A stretch of 64,000 nt of DNA, taken from assembly GCF_006345805.1 (NCBI RefSeq), contig NC_043002.1, positions 77,314,001 through 77,378,000 on the forward strand, written 5' to 3'. This document shows positions 25,018 to 38,997 of this stretch, one piece after another. This stretch comes from Octopus sinensis (Eukaryota). The first letter of the stretch is position 1; each line of letters begins with the position of its first letter. Position numbers and translations under genes: made by a program. The notes under the pieces were generated by a model, which saw only the letters and a program-made list of their open reading frames with translations, made no database searches and was not told the DNA's origin.

Positions 25018-28000
25018 AGAGCATTAGGCAACCCAAAACTACAACAGAAGACACTCACTCAAGATACTACACAATGGTATCAAACCCAGAACCTCGTGGT
25101 TGCCAGCAAACCTCTTAATCATGTGACTGTACCCCCATCATACACACACACACACACACATGCACATACATGATCCGAGAACCCTGTGAGACATAAACTC
25201 ATGTCTCCTTTCTGAGCAAAAGGAAGAGAGGGTCGGGTGACAAAGTAGTCAATTTAGAATTTGACAATAAGTACCTGTTGCGAGGTCACCTTAGTATTGT
25301 TTAAACAAACTAGCTGAGAGGGAGAATGTGTGTGTGTGTCAAACTATTTAATCTCTACTTATTGAGTATGTTGGAGGATATGGGAGTTACTTGTTCTTAG
25401 CCCTTTTCACACTGGTTACACGTGTTTTGTTTTGTTTTTGCACCTGGCTCATGTGACTACTTCCTTCACATAATATTGCTTCTTTGTGGTTCTACTACCA
25501 TGTTAATACTGACAGCTGTGCTTACTGCCAGAAGGCTGAGCTGTAGGGCTGTGGAAATTAAGGGTACTGAGATCAAATTTCTTTTCTTCCAAAGGTGTTT
25601 TGTTTGTTATTTTTATTCTCATTCAAAAAAATAAAAATGTTTTTCTGACAGCAGGTTTTAGGACTTCTCCAATAATGTAATATCATCTCTAACATGATTA
25701 CATAGATCAATCAATGGTTATAAGCTTTTGTTTCTTCTTATGCCTTCAAGAGTTTTATTCTTTTTAAAAAAAAAAAAAACAAATTCCTTATCTTTCAAAA
25801 TATCTTTCCTTTAAAAACTTGCCTCATTACTCATACATGTTCAACCTTTGCTGTATTGGTATTCTCCAGTCAGAGTGGTCAAGGGTAGAATATCTTTGAT
25901 AATAGGTTTGCTTGATCAGAGCTGAACCTGGGGCCAAATAAAAACAACATACAATCATATTGAGAATCAAATAAATTCACAGTATAATTAACAATATCAA
26001 TAGTTATTCTATTTCCTTCAAATTTCTTAAGTTTTGTGTGAAATGAACAATATAGAAATTCAGTAGAAGATATGAGAATTGTTGATGTTAACCATTATTA
26101 TTACAATGTTATTATCAGTCCAAATGTGCTTGTGTTTTGTCATGGAGAAAATTTCTCACTGTAGACAAATGCTGTAAATACACCTAAAGTCAGCTCACTG
26201 CACCATCTACCCAGACTGTGAGATGAAAGCCATTTCAGAGTGATTATCTCCTCTTGAGTCACAGAGACTGGACAGGGCGCACTGCGAGTACTTATTGGAA
26301 CCAGTGTACAATTGGTTTATTGAAAAACAAACCAGTTACAAAGTCTTGCTTCCTCTTTGGTGCATGCGGGACTCATTGGTTAAGAAGTTTGTTTCACAAC
26401 TTCATGATTCTGAGTGGCACCTTGGGCAAATGTCTTCTACCATAGACTCATATTGAGTGATACTTGCAAGTGTAATTTAATTGACAGAAACCCATCATGC
26501 ATGTGGGTGCTTATATATGTGTGTATATTTTTGGCTGATGTATATCAGTGAAGGATCTAAACATTGGCAAGAAAACCAAACAAGTGGTACATTACAAATG
26601 AAGTCCTTTAAGATATTCTGTTTTACATCAAGTTACAAACACCACCCACCATCAGAAATACAAGGAATTAGTTATTTGCTCAGTGGAAATCTATTAAAAT
26701 TGGTGCTGTTCTTCAACCAGTGTAATATAAAATTATATAAGAAGAGATAAACAAACAGTTGTGCTTGAATTTCTAATGATCTTTATGGAATGGCATTAAA
26801 GTAACCAAGTTACTAATCTAATAAACCAGAAGTCATATTCTTCTGTAAAAAATGATTATGGAGTGAGCCAAACAAATAACTGTTGGTATAATGAATGAAA
26901 TTTTACATTAGACAATCAAGTGACACAGACACATACACACATCATTGTGTGCATAGCGAACAGTATAAAGTTTACATTATACCTATTTAGGTAATCATAT
27001 AATTTTCCATGCACACACTTATCTAATACATATACACATAGACAAAATAGCTACATAACTGTGGATACTCGCACACATTCTTAAAGCTTATGTAAATGAG
27101 GTTTTTTCGTCCTTTTTATTCAGTTACAAGTTGCTGAAAAGATGAAATTAACAAAATAATACAATGTTCTCTTGTTAATGTTTAGCCAGTCTTTTTTGCT
27201 CAAAGCATATATAATCAGAGGGAAGTGCTTCTCTGTGAACATAGCAAGTTATGTATAAAATTCTTTTCCTTTTATCATTATAATTTACAGGTTTGTAGTT
27301 TTCATAGTGTTTTTTTTTTTATATTTCATCATCCAACCCTCCTTAAATTCCAAGTCCCACTTCAAGAATTTTTTTCTCATTTCAATATTTATTTTCATAA
27401 TAAAGTGGAATTTTGTTTTGTTTTTATATTTTCACTCAACCCTTTTTATTATCCAAAGAGGAGATATTTAAGTGAACCTAGTTTGTTTGTAATTGTTTTT
27501 TTTATTGAAAATAACCAACATGAATGGGAAAACATGGCTATATGCTTATATGCACTATTCAAAGCCATGAGATATCAAATTTTAACTAGGTTCCTGCATA
27601 GAATCTAAGTTTTACCATCTCTGTTATTTCTACACTGGCACACAATCACAAACCATAGAGGAAGGGATCTTGTTGAAATTATTTACCTCAACATATGACT
27701 GATGCTTATTTTATTGACCTACGAGGGGATGAGAAGTAAACTATATTCCAACTGGGCTTTGAACTGAAAATGTTATGGGTTAAAGCAAAATAACACATAA
27801 CATATTTTAAATTAGTGTTTTTCTTGATACAGATATGGTTTTTACATTTTTTTAAAAATTGTATTGTTTGTTATAGCTTTCCAATAGACCAGTCACTGGA
27901 TCACTGCATTTCTGATATATATAACTGATTCTGTATATATTTATTTACAACACATGCTGCACTGGTATTATGGCAAAAAGACTTACGTAGATAGTTACTA

Positions 28001-28712
28001 AATTTATCTTTAAACAACAGGATTTGCATAAAAATTTAAAATGGTACATCTTAATTTATCTTATTCAGTGTAATTCAGAAAAAAAATGAGCTGAATGAAA
28101 ATTTGCAAACAGTTAAAAATATTTTGGTGTAGTTACATAACTCTCTTGTAACTGGAAGAAAACTAAAGATACACTATTAATAAGCTACGAGTATTCTGTC
28201 TCATAAAGTAAAATAGGTTTCCAAATTTAGGCAGCAACAGATTAAGAACATCCTATTTCTATCTAACTCTGTAAATTATTATGTCTGGGGCAGCAGATCT
28301 CCCCACAACCACCAAGACATTATGTAATACAGGAGTGACTGACCTCCTTGATGTGTTTTTACTGTCCCTTTTGATTTCTTAATTACTGTTTTACAAGCTA
28401 TACATTTTATTACATTGCAACTAAATCTGCTTTATGGGCCTCTCTAAAGGAGACAGAAATGAACTTTATTGTTTTGAGGTGGAGGAATGGCAAGTAGGTG
28501 TCGAGGTAGACTGTGGCTGTTTTAGCAGTTTACTTTTATTTCTGCTGGAAATTCTTGATGCTATAAAAAAAAAATTTTTTTTAATTCTCAAGGGAACATA
28601 GACAAATAAATGAATACATATACACACACATATATATTTACACCCAAATGTTTTATCTTAAATTTTCTACATACCTCACATACAAATAATTTTTCTCTGT
28701 TTTCTCTGGCAG

Positions 28713-28818
28713 GATGGAGACTATTTCCTGAAACTAACACTGAAAGAAGAGGAAAAGTTATCAAAACTATGTGCTGAGACTGCAAATGATTTAGATAAAC
28801 ACCATCTACCTGATGATG
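28713..28818 (+). CDS. DLGAP: DLGAP/SAPAP-like gene: GKAP (GH1) domain exon 1 (106 nt)
   Basis: ttttctctggcag acceptor and GTAAAT donor. Reads DGDYFLKLTLKEEEKLSKLCAETANDLDKHHLPDD, compared with vertebrate DLGAP1 DGHWFLKLL...NNLPED. Confidence 0.93.
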
Positions 28819-29920
28819 GTAAATAACTTTTCTTTTCTTTTTTTCCATTCCATTGTGTTTCTGATTCTTTCTTATTATCACCATAAATGTTGATGTTTAT
28901 ACTTTTATTCAGTTTTTTTTTCTCTCTTTTATCTTCATTTCAATTCCTTATTTCTAACCTTTTCCCCAAGTTCCCCAATCTTTCATTTTCAATCTCCTTC
29001 CTCTTATGTTCACTTGTCTGACCAACCCTAGCAATATACTGTCATACCACTATTTTCATTTAGAAAAGAACTGTGCTTATTTTGGACATTATCTCATTGT
29101 TGTGAATCAGTGCCACATTTTAGTGTCACTGATGACTTTGCCCTTTCAAAATTATTTACATGCAAAATATCAAATAACAACATGTCTCCAGTAAATAAAA
29201 GAAACCATTACCTCTTGAATGAAAATTATATTAAATACTTTTTAATGTGCTGATATTTGTCAACCAATAACAAATTGTCAGATACCCAGTAAACAGCAAG
29301 AATCAAACTGATGACTTACATATTTATTCTTAAGCAGATTCAAACATGGGTGGTATTTGCTATTGTGTTTCATCACAGGAAACACCAGCTGTCCCAAATT
29401 TCCTTGTACTGATGAATCAAGTGTGTTATGACCATACATTCATCACAAAGAAGTTGTTCTCCTGTGACAAAACACAACAGATTAACACATTTATGTTTGA
29501 ATTTGCTGGAACGTGTTAAAAATAAATATACAAGTCATAATTTTGATTTTCACTGTTCACCATGCATATGATTATTAATAAGTTTTTTTTTATTAACAAA
29601 AAGCTTTTAATAATAAATTTTTTTTAATTAATGTGAAGCACTACTCAAACAAACTGTTATATTCATATCTTTAAAATTTCATTAGTGGTTCACAGACTCA
29701 GTTTGCTGTGGCCTTTTTAATAAAGGTATTGTTTAATTGTATAAAAAACAAGGTCATCTGTATGATTTGATCTCTGTAATGCAAATTACATGTTTGAATT
29801 CCATCATGCATTTAATCAGCTGCAATAAGAAAAGACCATTTTTAATCAGCCAATTTTAATGAAGATGAGAATTAAAGATTTTTTTTTTTCATCAAACAAA
29901 CTTTTTCTTTTTCTCTACAG

Positions 29921-30012
29921 TCAGTGGGAAGATACGAGCTGCAATTGGAAAAGCAAACCTACTTCAAAACAAAAAATTTAAGCAGTTTCGAGAATTATGT
30001 CAGAATTATATG
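29921..30012 (+). CDS. DLGAP: DLGAP/SAPAP-like gene: GKAP domain exon 2 (92 nt)
   Basis: tttttctctacag acceptor and GTGAGT donor. Reads (V)SGKIRAAIGKANLLQNKKFKQFRELCQNYM, compared with DLGAP1 LGKIRTAVGSAQLLMAQKFYQFRELC. Phase is consistent. Confidence 0.95.
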
Positions 30013-30725
30013 GTGAGTAATTGGTCCTTTAATTCTCATTCATACCTTAAATACTGGTCAAATTGTTAATCCTCTCACAAGCCAAAGGGATTTATAGGGC
30101 CATGAAATAAATCCCTTTGATATATTGCTAGTTTAATCCCAAGTAGCTTTACAAGAAAATCCCAGTACTTATTCTCCAGCTAGGGAAATTGAAATAAAAT
30201 TATCTTGCTCAGACACAACAAAATACATGCAAATAGACATAGGCTCCATGATCCAAGAAAATGACAAGTCCTATCAGTTATCTTTATTAATTTACCTCGG
30301 ATTTAATTGTAACAATTCAATAAAAGTGTGGAGATTGTTAAGTTAGATGATGTTACAGATTTTCTTGAAATACAGAGCAGATGTTATGTTGTTATTAAGT
30401 AGGTCTGTGATGAAAGTTAACTCCAACCATGATCATTCAGTTTTTACCTCAGACACAGTACATCATTGACTTTTGAAGACAGTAGGATGGAACTTGAGGT
30501 TCATTTTGCTGTTAGATATAACAGGTTGAGCAATGATATAGAGGTGCCCTTATTTTTTATGGTTTAAATCTAACCAGTATAAATTTACTAATTGGGATAA
30601 ATACTAATAAAATAAGTATTAAATGTGTGTCTCTGAAATTAAATTACCAGTAAAAAGAGGCATTAAGAGCAAAACGAGAATTTCTACCAAATAGTTCTCT
30701 CTGAAAAAAATTAAAAAAACATTAA

Positions 30726-30943
30726 CCTTTTAGTATTCAAGTCAGCCATATGTGACCCAAATGTTCTACCTGTTCTATGTTCAAACTGACAAGACCAGGC
30801 CTTTCACACCTACTCTACAATGTCATTTTTAAAATAAACAATCACGTCATTGAAATCTCAAAGCTACAAGATAATGTATGATAAATTCAAAATGATGTGA
30901 TTAAATAACTTACATTTGCTTGAGTGATCTAAATGCTAAAGGG
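30726..30943. mobile_element. piggyBac-type MITE, family 2
   Basis: CCTTTTAGTATT ... AATGCTAAAGGG ends with TTAA on both sides. Confidence 0.75.
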
Positions 30944-31615
30944 TTAATCTTGTGTCATTAAAGAGAATCTGGAAATTGATTATTTTTTGCAGTCACAATT
31001 TACATTTAGAATTAACTAAAGAGGAATATTAAATCAAAACAAATCATACATTACTGATATTTTATTTTACAGTATAACAAATTTTGCATTTAATTTTTGG
31101 TTGTGAAATTTGCCTGAATTCTATAAAAATTATGGCAACATGATTAAAAACCATTAGTCACCTCAGGCTGATGTAGAATACTGGTGTCTGCGATCATTTA
31201 AATGTAGTTTGATTATTGGTGTAATTTTCTGGAATGCATCTGCTTCATACGATAGTTTTCTGGAGCGCACCTGCTATATGCAATAAGTAGAGTTAAGATT
31301 AAAAATCAAGGCTGCAGTGTGATGTATAATATTACTGAAAGTAAATTTGATAGGAAAACAGGATGTGTCTGAATTTTTGATATAATTTGTTGTTAGCTAT
31401 AGATAAAAGATTCATGTTTATGGAATGAGAGAATAATGAACCATTTGTTATTTTAACATGATGTTAAGGAATTAGAATTTCAGGAGAATCTAGTTAAAAT
31501 AAATCAGAACTGAAAAAGGAGTAGTTTATAAAGAAAATTAAGGGATTTATTCTCAAAATAAAACAGGATTGTTAACAGCATTTTAAAATCTAATTTCTGT
31601 ACTCTTTCAATGCAG

Positions 31616-31768
31616 ACTCCAGTTTCTTCAGAAGAAGATCACCCAACTAAGCTAGAAGATCTACAAGGATTCTGGGAAATGGTACAAATACAAATTGATG
31701 ATGTTTATGACATGTTTGCGGAAATAGATTTATTACGACAAAACGGCTGGAAAGAAGTGCATTTTGAA
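31616..31768 (+). CDS. DLGAP: DLGAP/SAPAP-like gene: GKAP domain exon 3 (153 nt)
   Basis: tgcag acceptor and GTAAGT donor. Reads TPVSSEEDHPTKLEDLQGFWEMVQIQIDDVYDMFAEIDLLRQNGWKEVHFE, containing the hallmark DLxGFW(D/E)M...F.E...L+.NxW. Confidence 0.96.
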
Positions 31769-33349
31769 GTAAGTTACCATAAACTATGTATCAGTAAAAG
31801 TACTCACTCCATCCTCCATTTTTTTTGTTTTGTTTTTTTGCTTAGTATGAGGAGTAACCTTTTGAGGGTTCCAAAAAAAAAAATGAAAGGAATTTTTTGA
31901 TTATATATTTTTTAAAAAATAAGCTTAAATATTAAAGGGCAGCACTCTAAGTGCAACATTTCTCTAAAATGTTTACATGTCAGTAGAATAATACAATGTT
32001 GTAATAGCTTCCTGCTGTTCCAAACATGATGAAACATTGCTTCTATTATGAAATATTATTACAAAAACATAAAACTGCCACCACCCCACTCCTTCATCAA
32101 AAGAAATCCACAGAAATGAGTTACACACTCGCATCGATCCAAATTCAAATAAGCTAATACCAAAGTGAAGAGGGAGTAAGTGATTGAGGAACCATTAGGA
32201 ATTTGGCTGCTTTACATTCTCTCTGTTTTTACATGCTATCCTTCTCTCTCTCCCTCCATCTCTCTCTCTTTCTCCACCACCACCACCATCACCTACAGAT
32301 GATCAATAGAATAAAAATTCAGTTATTGAATGCAACAACATGCTTACCTAGTGGCAGGTGATCAATAAATCTAGTTATTTCAAGTGACTTGCATACTAAC
32401 ACCTAGATGAAATAGTTTCATTTATTGCCTCTAGTCTTCACTTGAACTTCTTTTAGTTTTTAAACATAAAACAAAATTTAAAAAAAAAAATTTGTAGTAG
32501 AAATGATTTCATTTCATAAAGAGCTTTATATTTACTACTTCAATAATAGGCGATACAATGTGTTGACATGATTATAGCCGGGTCTCCAGGATTTACAGTA
32601 ACAAGCTGGAAGATACCAGTTGAATAGTTTACATACCAACTTACATAAAATGCTTTTTGTTATTTGACTGGAGCTGGATGCATGCACATACACTTGCTTC
32701 AGTGACGAAATTAGATTTTAAATCAATACTTAGCCTACAATATATAATAGTATTTTCAGATAGTTTCAGGTCAAGGTAAAATTATATTTGGTTTGTAGAA
32801 TTTTTATGTAGAATAACAATTGGATTAAATTTTGGAATTATCTAATATCTTAGATATTCTCCCCTACTTATCTTATTCTTATACAAGAATGTTGTCGACA
32901 GTGAGTTTAAAGTTCCGACTAGCTAAGCCATCATTGGATTACCTGTCAACAACATTCTTCTTGTATAAGAATAATAAATTTGTACTCTATAAAAGTATAG
33001 TTACTCATCAGATTAATGTAAAATTGTTTTTATTATAATTAACGTGTGTGTTTTCTCTGAAAGATTCTCAGCTGGGCCACTTGTTGAAACATTCTTTTTC
33101 AAATCTTATTTCATTTAAGGATGAACTTGGCATCAAGTTTAAATTGTTGATTACAAATTTTTAATTTATAAACATGAATTAATTGCATTTAACCCACTAT
33201 AGATTGTTCCTGGTTCTATGATTAAAAAAAAGCAACTTCTCATTCCAGTGTGTTCATATTTATATTAAAACATTCCATCATTATTCTAAATATCAGCTTA
33301 TTAATGAAATAGTTGATTATTTTGTTAAATTCTTCCATATTCTGGTTGC

Positions 33350-33750
33350 TCTTTTAATTTTTTCAGTCATGTGAGCACTACTTTAAAGGAGTTTTTTCGT
33401 CATAAAAAATCAACCCTAGATCTTATTTTTTATGCCAAGTACTTATTCTGTTGATCTCTTTTGCCATACCACTAATTTACAGGGATGTGAACAGACCGAC
33501 ATTGGTCTGTTCACATCCCTGTGTGAACAGACCAACATTGTCAAGCATTGATGGGAGAACAGACACAAAGACACACACACATAGATATATACAACAAGCT
33601 TCTTTCAGTTTCCTTCTACCAAATCCACTCACAAGGCTTTGGTCAGCCCATGGTTACAGTAGGAGACACTTGCCTGAGGTGTCATGCAGTGGGACTGAAC
33701 CCAGAACCATATGGTTAGAAAGCAAGCTTTTTACCACACAGCCACGCCTT
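33350..33750 (-). mobile_element. SINE family A containing a local inverted duplication
   Basis: Reverse family A consensus with a perfect hairpin at 33479-33522. Confidence 0.82.
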
Positions 33751-34490
33751 ATTTCAAAAACTAGCAAAAACATATAGGCAATATATTTTATTAGAAATAT
33801 GGGAATGAACCAAATAATGGAACAATATCGTTGTTTATGAAAAGGGGCATGGGTTAATGTCTTAGTTAAAGATCCTTTTCAGGCCCTCATAGACAAGAGA
33901 AAAGGAAATATCTTTAGGTCACGTCTGAAATTACAATAGAGTGAACCCGCCAAAAGCACCCAGGGTCAAAATAGTTGTAATAAAAACCCAGTAACAGATT
34001 AAGTCTACTAGCCAAGAACAGGAATGGTCCCTCTGGGTGGGATGCCTTAGTTATCCTCTACCAAATTTCACTCAACAAAGTCTAGCTTAACTCTACACTA
34101 TAGTAGAAAATGAACACCCAAGGTGCTGTGCAGTGCAATCAATCCTGAAACCATGTACTTACTAAGCAAATACCTTAACCATATAGCCATACCTACACCC
34201 ATTTACAAATATAATTTAATCTTCCCACTAAGACAAATATTTCCAAGATATTTGAGCTTTGGTGTATATTTAGGTAATACAAGAACAACTGAAATCAATA
34301 TTTTCCATATTAAAAAAGAAAAACTATTTCTTCTACAATATATAAATGGTCTTAATTTGTAGAAACTATTTTAGCCATGAGGAATCCAAAGAGCCGTTTC
34401 AGTAGATGGAAACTACTGAAGTTCAAATCTTGTCTCCAGTACTGTACTCTGTCCATGGCCAACACATTTAACTCTCAGCATTCAATTTAA

Positions 34491-34706
34491 CCACTTAGTA
34501 TTCATATTCTCCTATCAAACGTAATTCTTATATAGTCATATTGTTTTGAATTAACCATGCACTATCTTGTAACATCAATATTTTGATGATGTGATTGTTT
34601 ATAAAATGACACTGTAGGGCAGATGTGAGAGATAGGATCTGGTTGGTTTGAAAATAAAACAGGTGGGTTATTTTGGCTGGATATGGCTGGTTTATATACT
34701 AAAGGG
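34491..34706. mobile_element. piggyBac-type MITE, family 2 (opposite orientation)
   Basis: TTAA flanks. Internal GGATATGGCTGG is the reverse of the family's GGCCATATCC. Confidence 0.72.
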
Positions 34707-35177
34707 TTAAACTAGTCAGTGTTGTTGTTTACTCTCAAGTCAGCTGTGACCAAGAAGAGTTTTGCTATGACCAGTCATCTTTTTAGAACTATATATCAAT
34801 TCAATGTGTTCTTTCTGCTTTAAGATATTTGGCTGTGATCTGAGGGAGGTTTGGTGGCTATTTCTCACAAGTCAGACAACTATAAAGAAGTTTCATTATA
34901 CTTGGAACTGGCAAATTGGTCAAGTTCAGTGCTGTAAATAGTGGCAGCACTGTAAAACTAATAAGTGTTTCTTTGACTCACAGTATTCAGTTAATTTATC
35001 CTCTGGTTTATTGACAGAAAATGAGGATGGAAGATTTTTTAAAAAATTTAATTCTGTTATTAACTTCAAAAATAGGTGTAAAAATTGGGGAAAAGAATAA
35101 GTTTAAGGAAAGCTATCATAAATAGACATTTTCTTCATAATGAACAAACACTAGTTATTTTCAATATTCATCATGGA

Positions 35178-35525
35178 CAGCAGTTCTCAATGATTTTTAA
35201 CCTATTGACCCATTTTGGTTCCTATTTTGCTTGGTTGGGTCTTCCTAGCCATTCAGTGGTTCAAAAAACCTTATATTTTTATAATTAAATATCATTAGGA
35301 ATTATATTTTTAAAGATTAGAATATATTGTGTATTGTTGAAGTATGACCAATTTATTGCACATAAATTTTAGCAACAAAATCTCATATAGACCTCTCACC
35401 CCCTGGGCCATATGGACCCCAGTTGATAACCAGAAGTATAACCAGTTTAATGCGCGTAAATTTTAGCAACAAAATTTTATGTACACCCCAAAGGTTATAC
35501 AGAGCCCCCAGGTTGGGAACTACTG
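35178..35525. mobile_element. hAT (Charlie-like) MITE
   Basis: TIR CAGCAGTTCTCAA / TTGGGAACTACTG, and 8-bp flanks ATCATGGA / AGCATGGG (6/8), consistent with a decayed hAT TSD. Confidence 0.6.
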
Positions 35526-36340
35526 AGCATGGGAAACAGATGTAAAATTGTGATGATAAATACATAATTATTGCTGTTATGCAAAAGTATTGTAAGTCCC
35601 AAACGTAGCTTTTTCAGAAAACAAAAATGTAGTTTCACCATTCCATAGCAAAACTGTTGTACTACACTTTGACAATCTTTGATATCTTGGCATCTGAAGA
35701 TACTGATAATTTGACCAAAAGAACCAGCAAGCAAAAATAAATAATGAAAAAAATGCATTTGGACATATGGCAGTTTAACATAATAGCAACGATATTTACT
35801 CCATTTCATTTTCTTTTTTCTTGCCTCAAATACATAACAAAAACTTGTATGTGTGTTAATGTGTTAGTATCTATAGTGAAGGCATGTTGCTTGGTGATTA
35901 GTCAAGGGTTCATTTCCTAAACTAGGCAACATAATGTATCCACTTCATTTTAACTTTCTCCTGTCTACTCATCCCCTTCCACTCCCTCCTGCTATCATAT
36001 CCTCAATGCTCCACTAGGTCAAGGATGGGAAATCTGATTACATAGGTGTCTTTGTAGTTTACTTGTGAGCACATCATAGGCTCCTAAAACAATTACCAAC
36101 AGCATGGTACATGGTACAAGTCGTACCCCCTTGCAAGTGGCAACTGTGTTCACACACACATACACACACCCCACTTAAAAGAAAGTTAGCAGATCACTAA
36201 AGTTGTAATTCTAATTAATTAATTTTATTTTAAGTCACTACATTAAGTATGTTAGCCCTCACTTAATTTTATAATTTCCTGCAAAAGGCATCTAGAGATA
36301 ATTCCCTCACTGCAATTTTCTTTTAATAAACTGACTTAGT

Positions 36341-36695
36341 AGGTGCAGATGTGGCTGTGTGGTAACAAGCTTGCTTCCTAACCACATGGTCCCTGGTTCA
36401 GTCCCACTGCATGGCACCTTGGGCAAATGTCTTCTATAGCCTGAAGCCAACCAAAGCCTTGTGAGTGAATTTGGTGGATAGAAACTGAAAGAAGCTTGTC
36501 ATGTGTGTGTGTGTCCCACCACTGTTTGACAAGTGTTTATATCTCCATAACTTAGCAGTTCAGCAAATGAGAATAATAGAATAAATACCAGGCTTTAAAA
36601 AACGTACTGGTGGGGGCGGTGATTCATTTGATTAAAAACTTCAAGGTGGTGCCCCAGCATGGCCACAGTCTAATGGCTGAAACAAGTAAAAGAAA
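36341..36695 (+). mobile_element. SINE family A
   Basis: Near full-length family consensus. Confidence 0.85.
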
Positions 36696-36894
36696 GACAA
36701 ACGGAAGTAGAATATTTCGACTATTCTTTGATATCAACCTGATTCCACTATGCAACAGTCTGCTCGCTAATGTCTGTTACCAACCAACATTAAACCTTAT
36801 TAAACTAAATCACTAAGAGATCTTAATTTCTATTTTTGGTTTCTGTTTTATTTCTCAACTTAAAATGCCATTATCTTTGGATATGTAAGGTGAT

Positions 36895-37187
36895 AAGTGA
36901 CTGAGACCTTTGGCAATGTGCAGTGCTTGAGAAGACTCTGTCAAGCCAAGTGAAATTGAAGGTGTGGCCAATGCTGGTGTCATGTAACTGGCATCCATGC
37001 CAGTGGCATGTAAAAAGCACCCATCACACACTTGGAATGGTTAGCATTATGAAGGGCATCCAACTGTGGAAACCATACAAAATCAGATTGGAACCTGGTG
37101 CAGCTCTCCAGTTTACTAGTTCTCAGTCAAACCATCTAACCCATGCCAGCATGGAAAGCAGAGGCTTAATGTTGATGTTGATGATGA
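36895..37187 (+). mobile_element. RTE LINE 3' end (ORF tail plus short UTR)
   Basis: GACCTTTGGCAATGTGCAGTGCTTGAGAAG (DLWQCAVLEK), one full array motif, GAAGGGCATCC and a (GAT)-like tail. Confidence 0.75.
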
Positions 37188-37262
37188 TAATTCATATGAA
37201 GAGAATATATGGGACAAAAGTCAGTAAATAATAAAGAGCCTATCTACTGTGATAGAAATATT

Positions 37263-37474
37263 GGCTTCAAATTTTGGCACAAGGCCTATAAGTTTGAGGG
37301 TGGAGGTAAGTTAATTTCATTGACCCTAGTACTCAACTGGTACTTATTTTATTGTTCCGAAAGGATGAAAACCAAAGTCGACCACAGTGGAATTTGAACT
37401 TGGAACATAAAGTTGGATGAAATGCTGCTAAGCATTTTACCCGGCATGCTAATGATGCTGCCAGCTTACTGCCT
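37263..37474 (-). mobile_element. SINE family B with 18-bp TSD
   Basis: Perfect TACTGTGATAGAAATATT at 37245-37262 and 37475-37492. Confidence 0.9.
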
Positions 37475-38997
37475 TACTGTGATAGAAATATTACTTTCAG
37501 TATAGCTCTGGCTCCATATAAAATTTAAATTGATTTCTGTGGTGGGGGATAAAAAAATTTTTTTAAATAAAAAAGAGAGAGAAAAGAAAAAATAATTCTG
37601 CTTGTTGTACAAATATATAGGGAAACTAACTTTCCTTGTGTAGAAATATATAGAGGGACTAACTTTCTAGGATTAGACATGACCCCCCCCCCTGCACACA
37701 CACACACACATCCTTCTACAAAATTTCTAACTGCTGAAACTTGATAATAGGGGTGAGTGAGTTGTCATACCCTCTGTATTGAAGTAGTGTACAGAAAGAT
37801 GCTATCCTAATTTTGTACCCCAGCTCTCGCCATCTCCAAATTAAACAACACACATTTTTATATTACTTTTATATGAATAACTTTACTTTCAGCACATATA
37901 TGCCTGTCTTACAATGTCAAATATTGGTGGGTTATATATTCATATATTTATTTATTTTTCAATATATATAACCATTGGATTTTTTTTTCTGAAAGGAAAG
38001 GTAAATCTAGCAAGAGTGGGGTGGGTTAAAAGATCTGGGTCAGTCAATCCTGAGGGTTTCACAAATCTCAAGAGCATGCATTTCAGAAATTAAGTACTAA
38101 TTATTTCCACCTCTTCCACTTCAAACTGCTTATGTGAAGCAAAAGGGGAAGGGAGTCCTAAATGGTTGCTCAACCTGCTAGACATAGCAGCCAAATCTCC
38201 CTTAAATCATTCCCTTACTGTAACAAAATGGAAAGGACAGACACATTTGTTGACATAGTCTTAAATATACTGTTTCTGAAAATAAGATGAGATGGTCATG
38301 ACTGGGGGTCAGAGAAAACCTAGGGCTCAAACTACTACTACTTTCATAACTATATTTCTGTTATCTCAACTAATGATATTAAAACTAGATGTTACCACTA
38401 GTTGTTATTACTACTATCGTTTCTTCTGTTTATTATATACACAAGCAATAATTGTGAAGGTATGTGGCCTAGTGGCTGTTTCAAGATCATAAAGTTGTTT
38501 GTTCAAATTCTGCTTGCTCAGCAGAGTGGCGCCTTATGTTGCAAGATGTCAACAGCACACTTTATGTGCAATGGTATAATTATTGACTTAATTTCACATT
38601 AGGAGATATTTATTTTAATCTTAATTCTAATTTATACTTTTGATTTATAAAACTAATACATATATTGTACTGTACTTCTTTTTATTAGTTTTATTGATTT
38701 TGCCCTCCCTACCACTGCCACCACCAAAGATAACTCTGTTTAAAAAACAGCACAGGTAACATAATGAGTTACCAGCTGAACATCTGTTGATGACCGTCAA
38801 ACTAATTATTGATTTCTAATTTGGTCACAAAGCCACATACTTGGTGAAGAAGGAAGGAGTAAAGTCAGTTAAATCAGCCCCAGTATTTGACTTAATTATT
38901 TTGTCAATGCTCCAGAAGTGTAAAAAAAAAGGCAATGGTCAGCCTTGGCGTAATTTGAACTCTGGATGAAAGGAGACCTAACTACATACTACATGGC

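Noticed and set aside
29365-29470. GAAAC...GTC...CTGATGA arrangement suggesting a type II hammerhead ribozyme
   Set aside because: Helices I and II cannot close at the required core positions.
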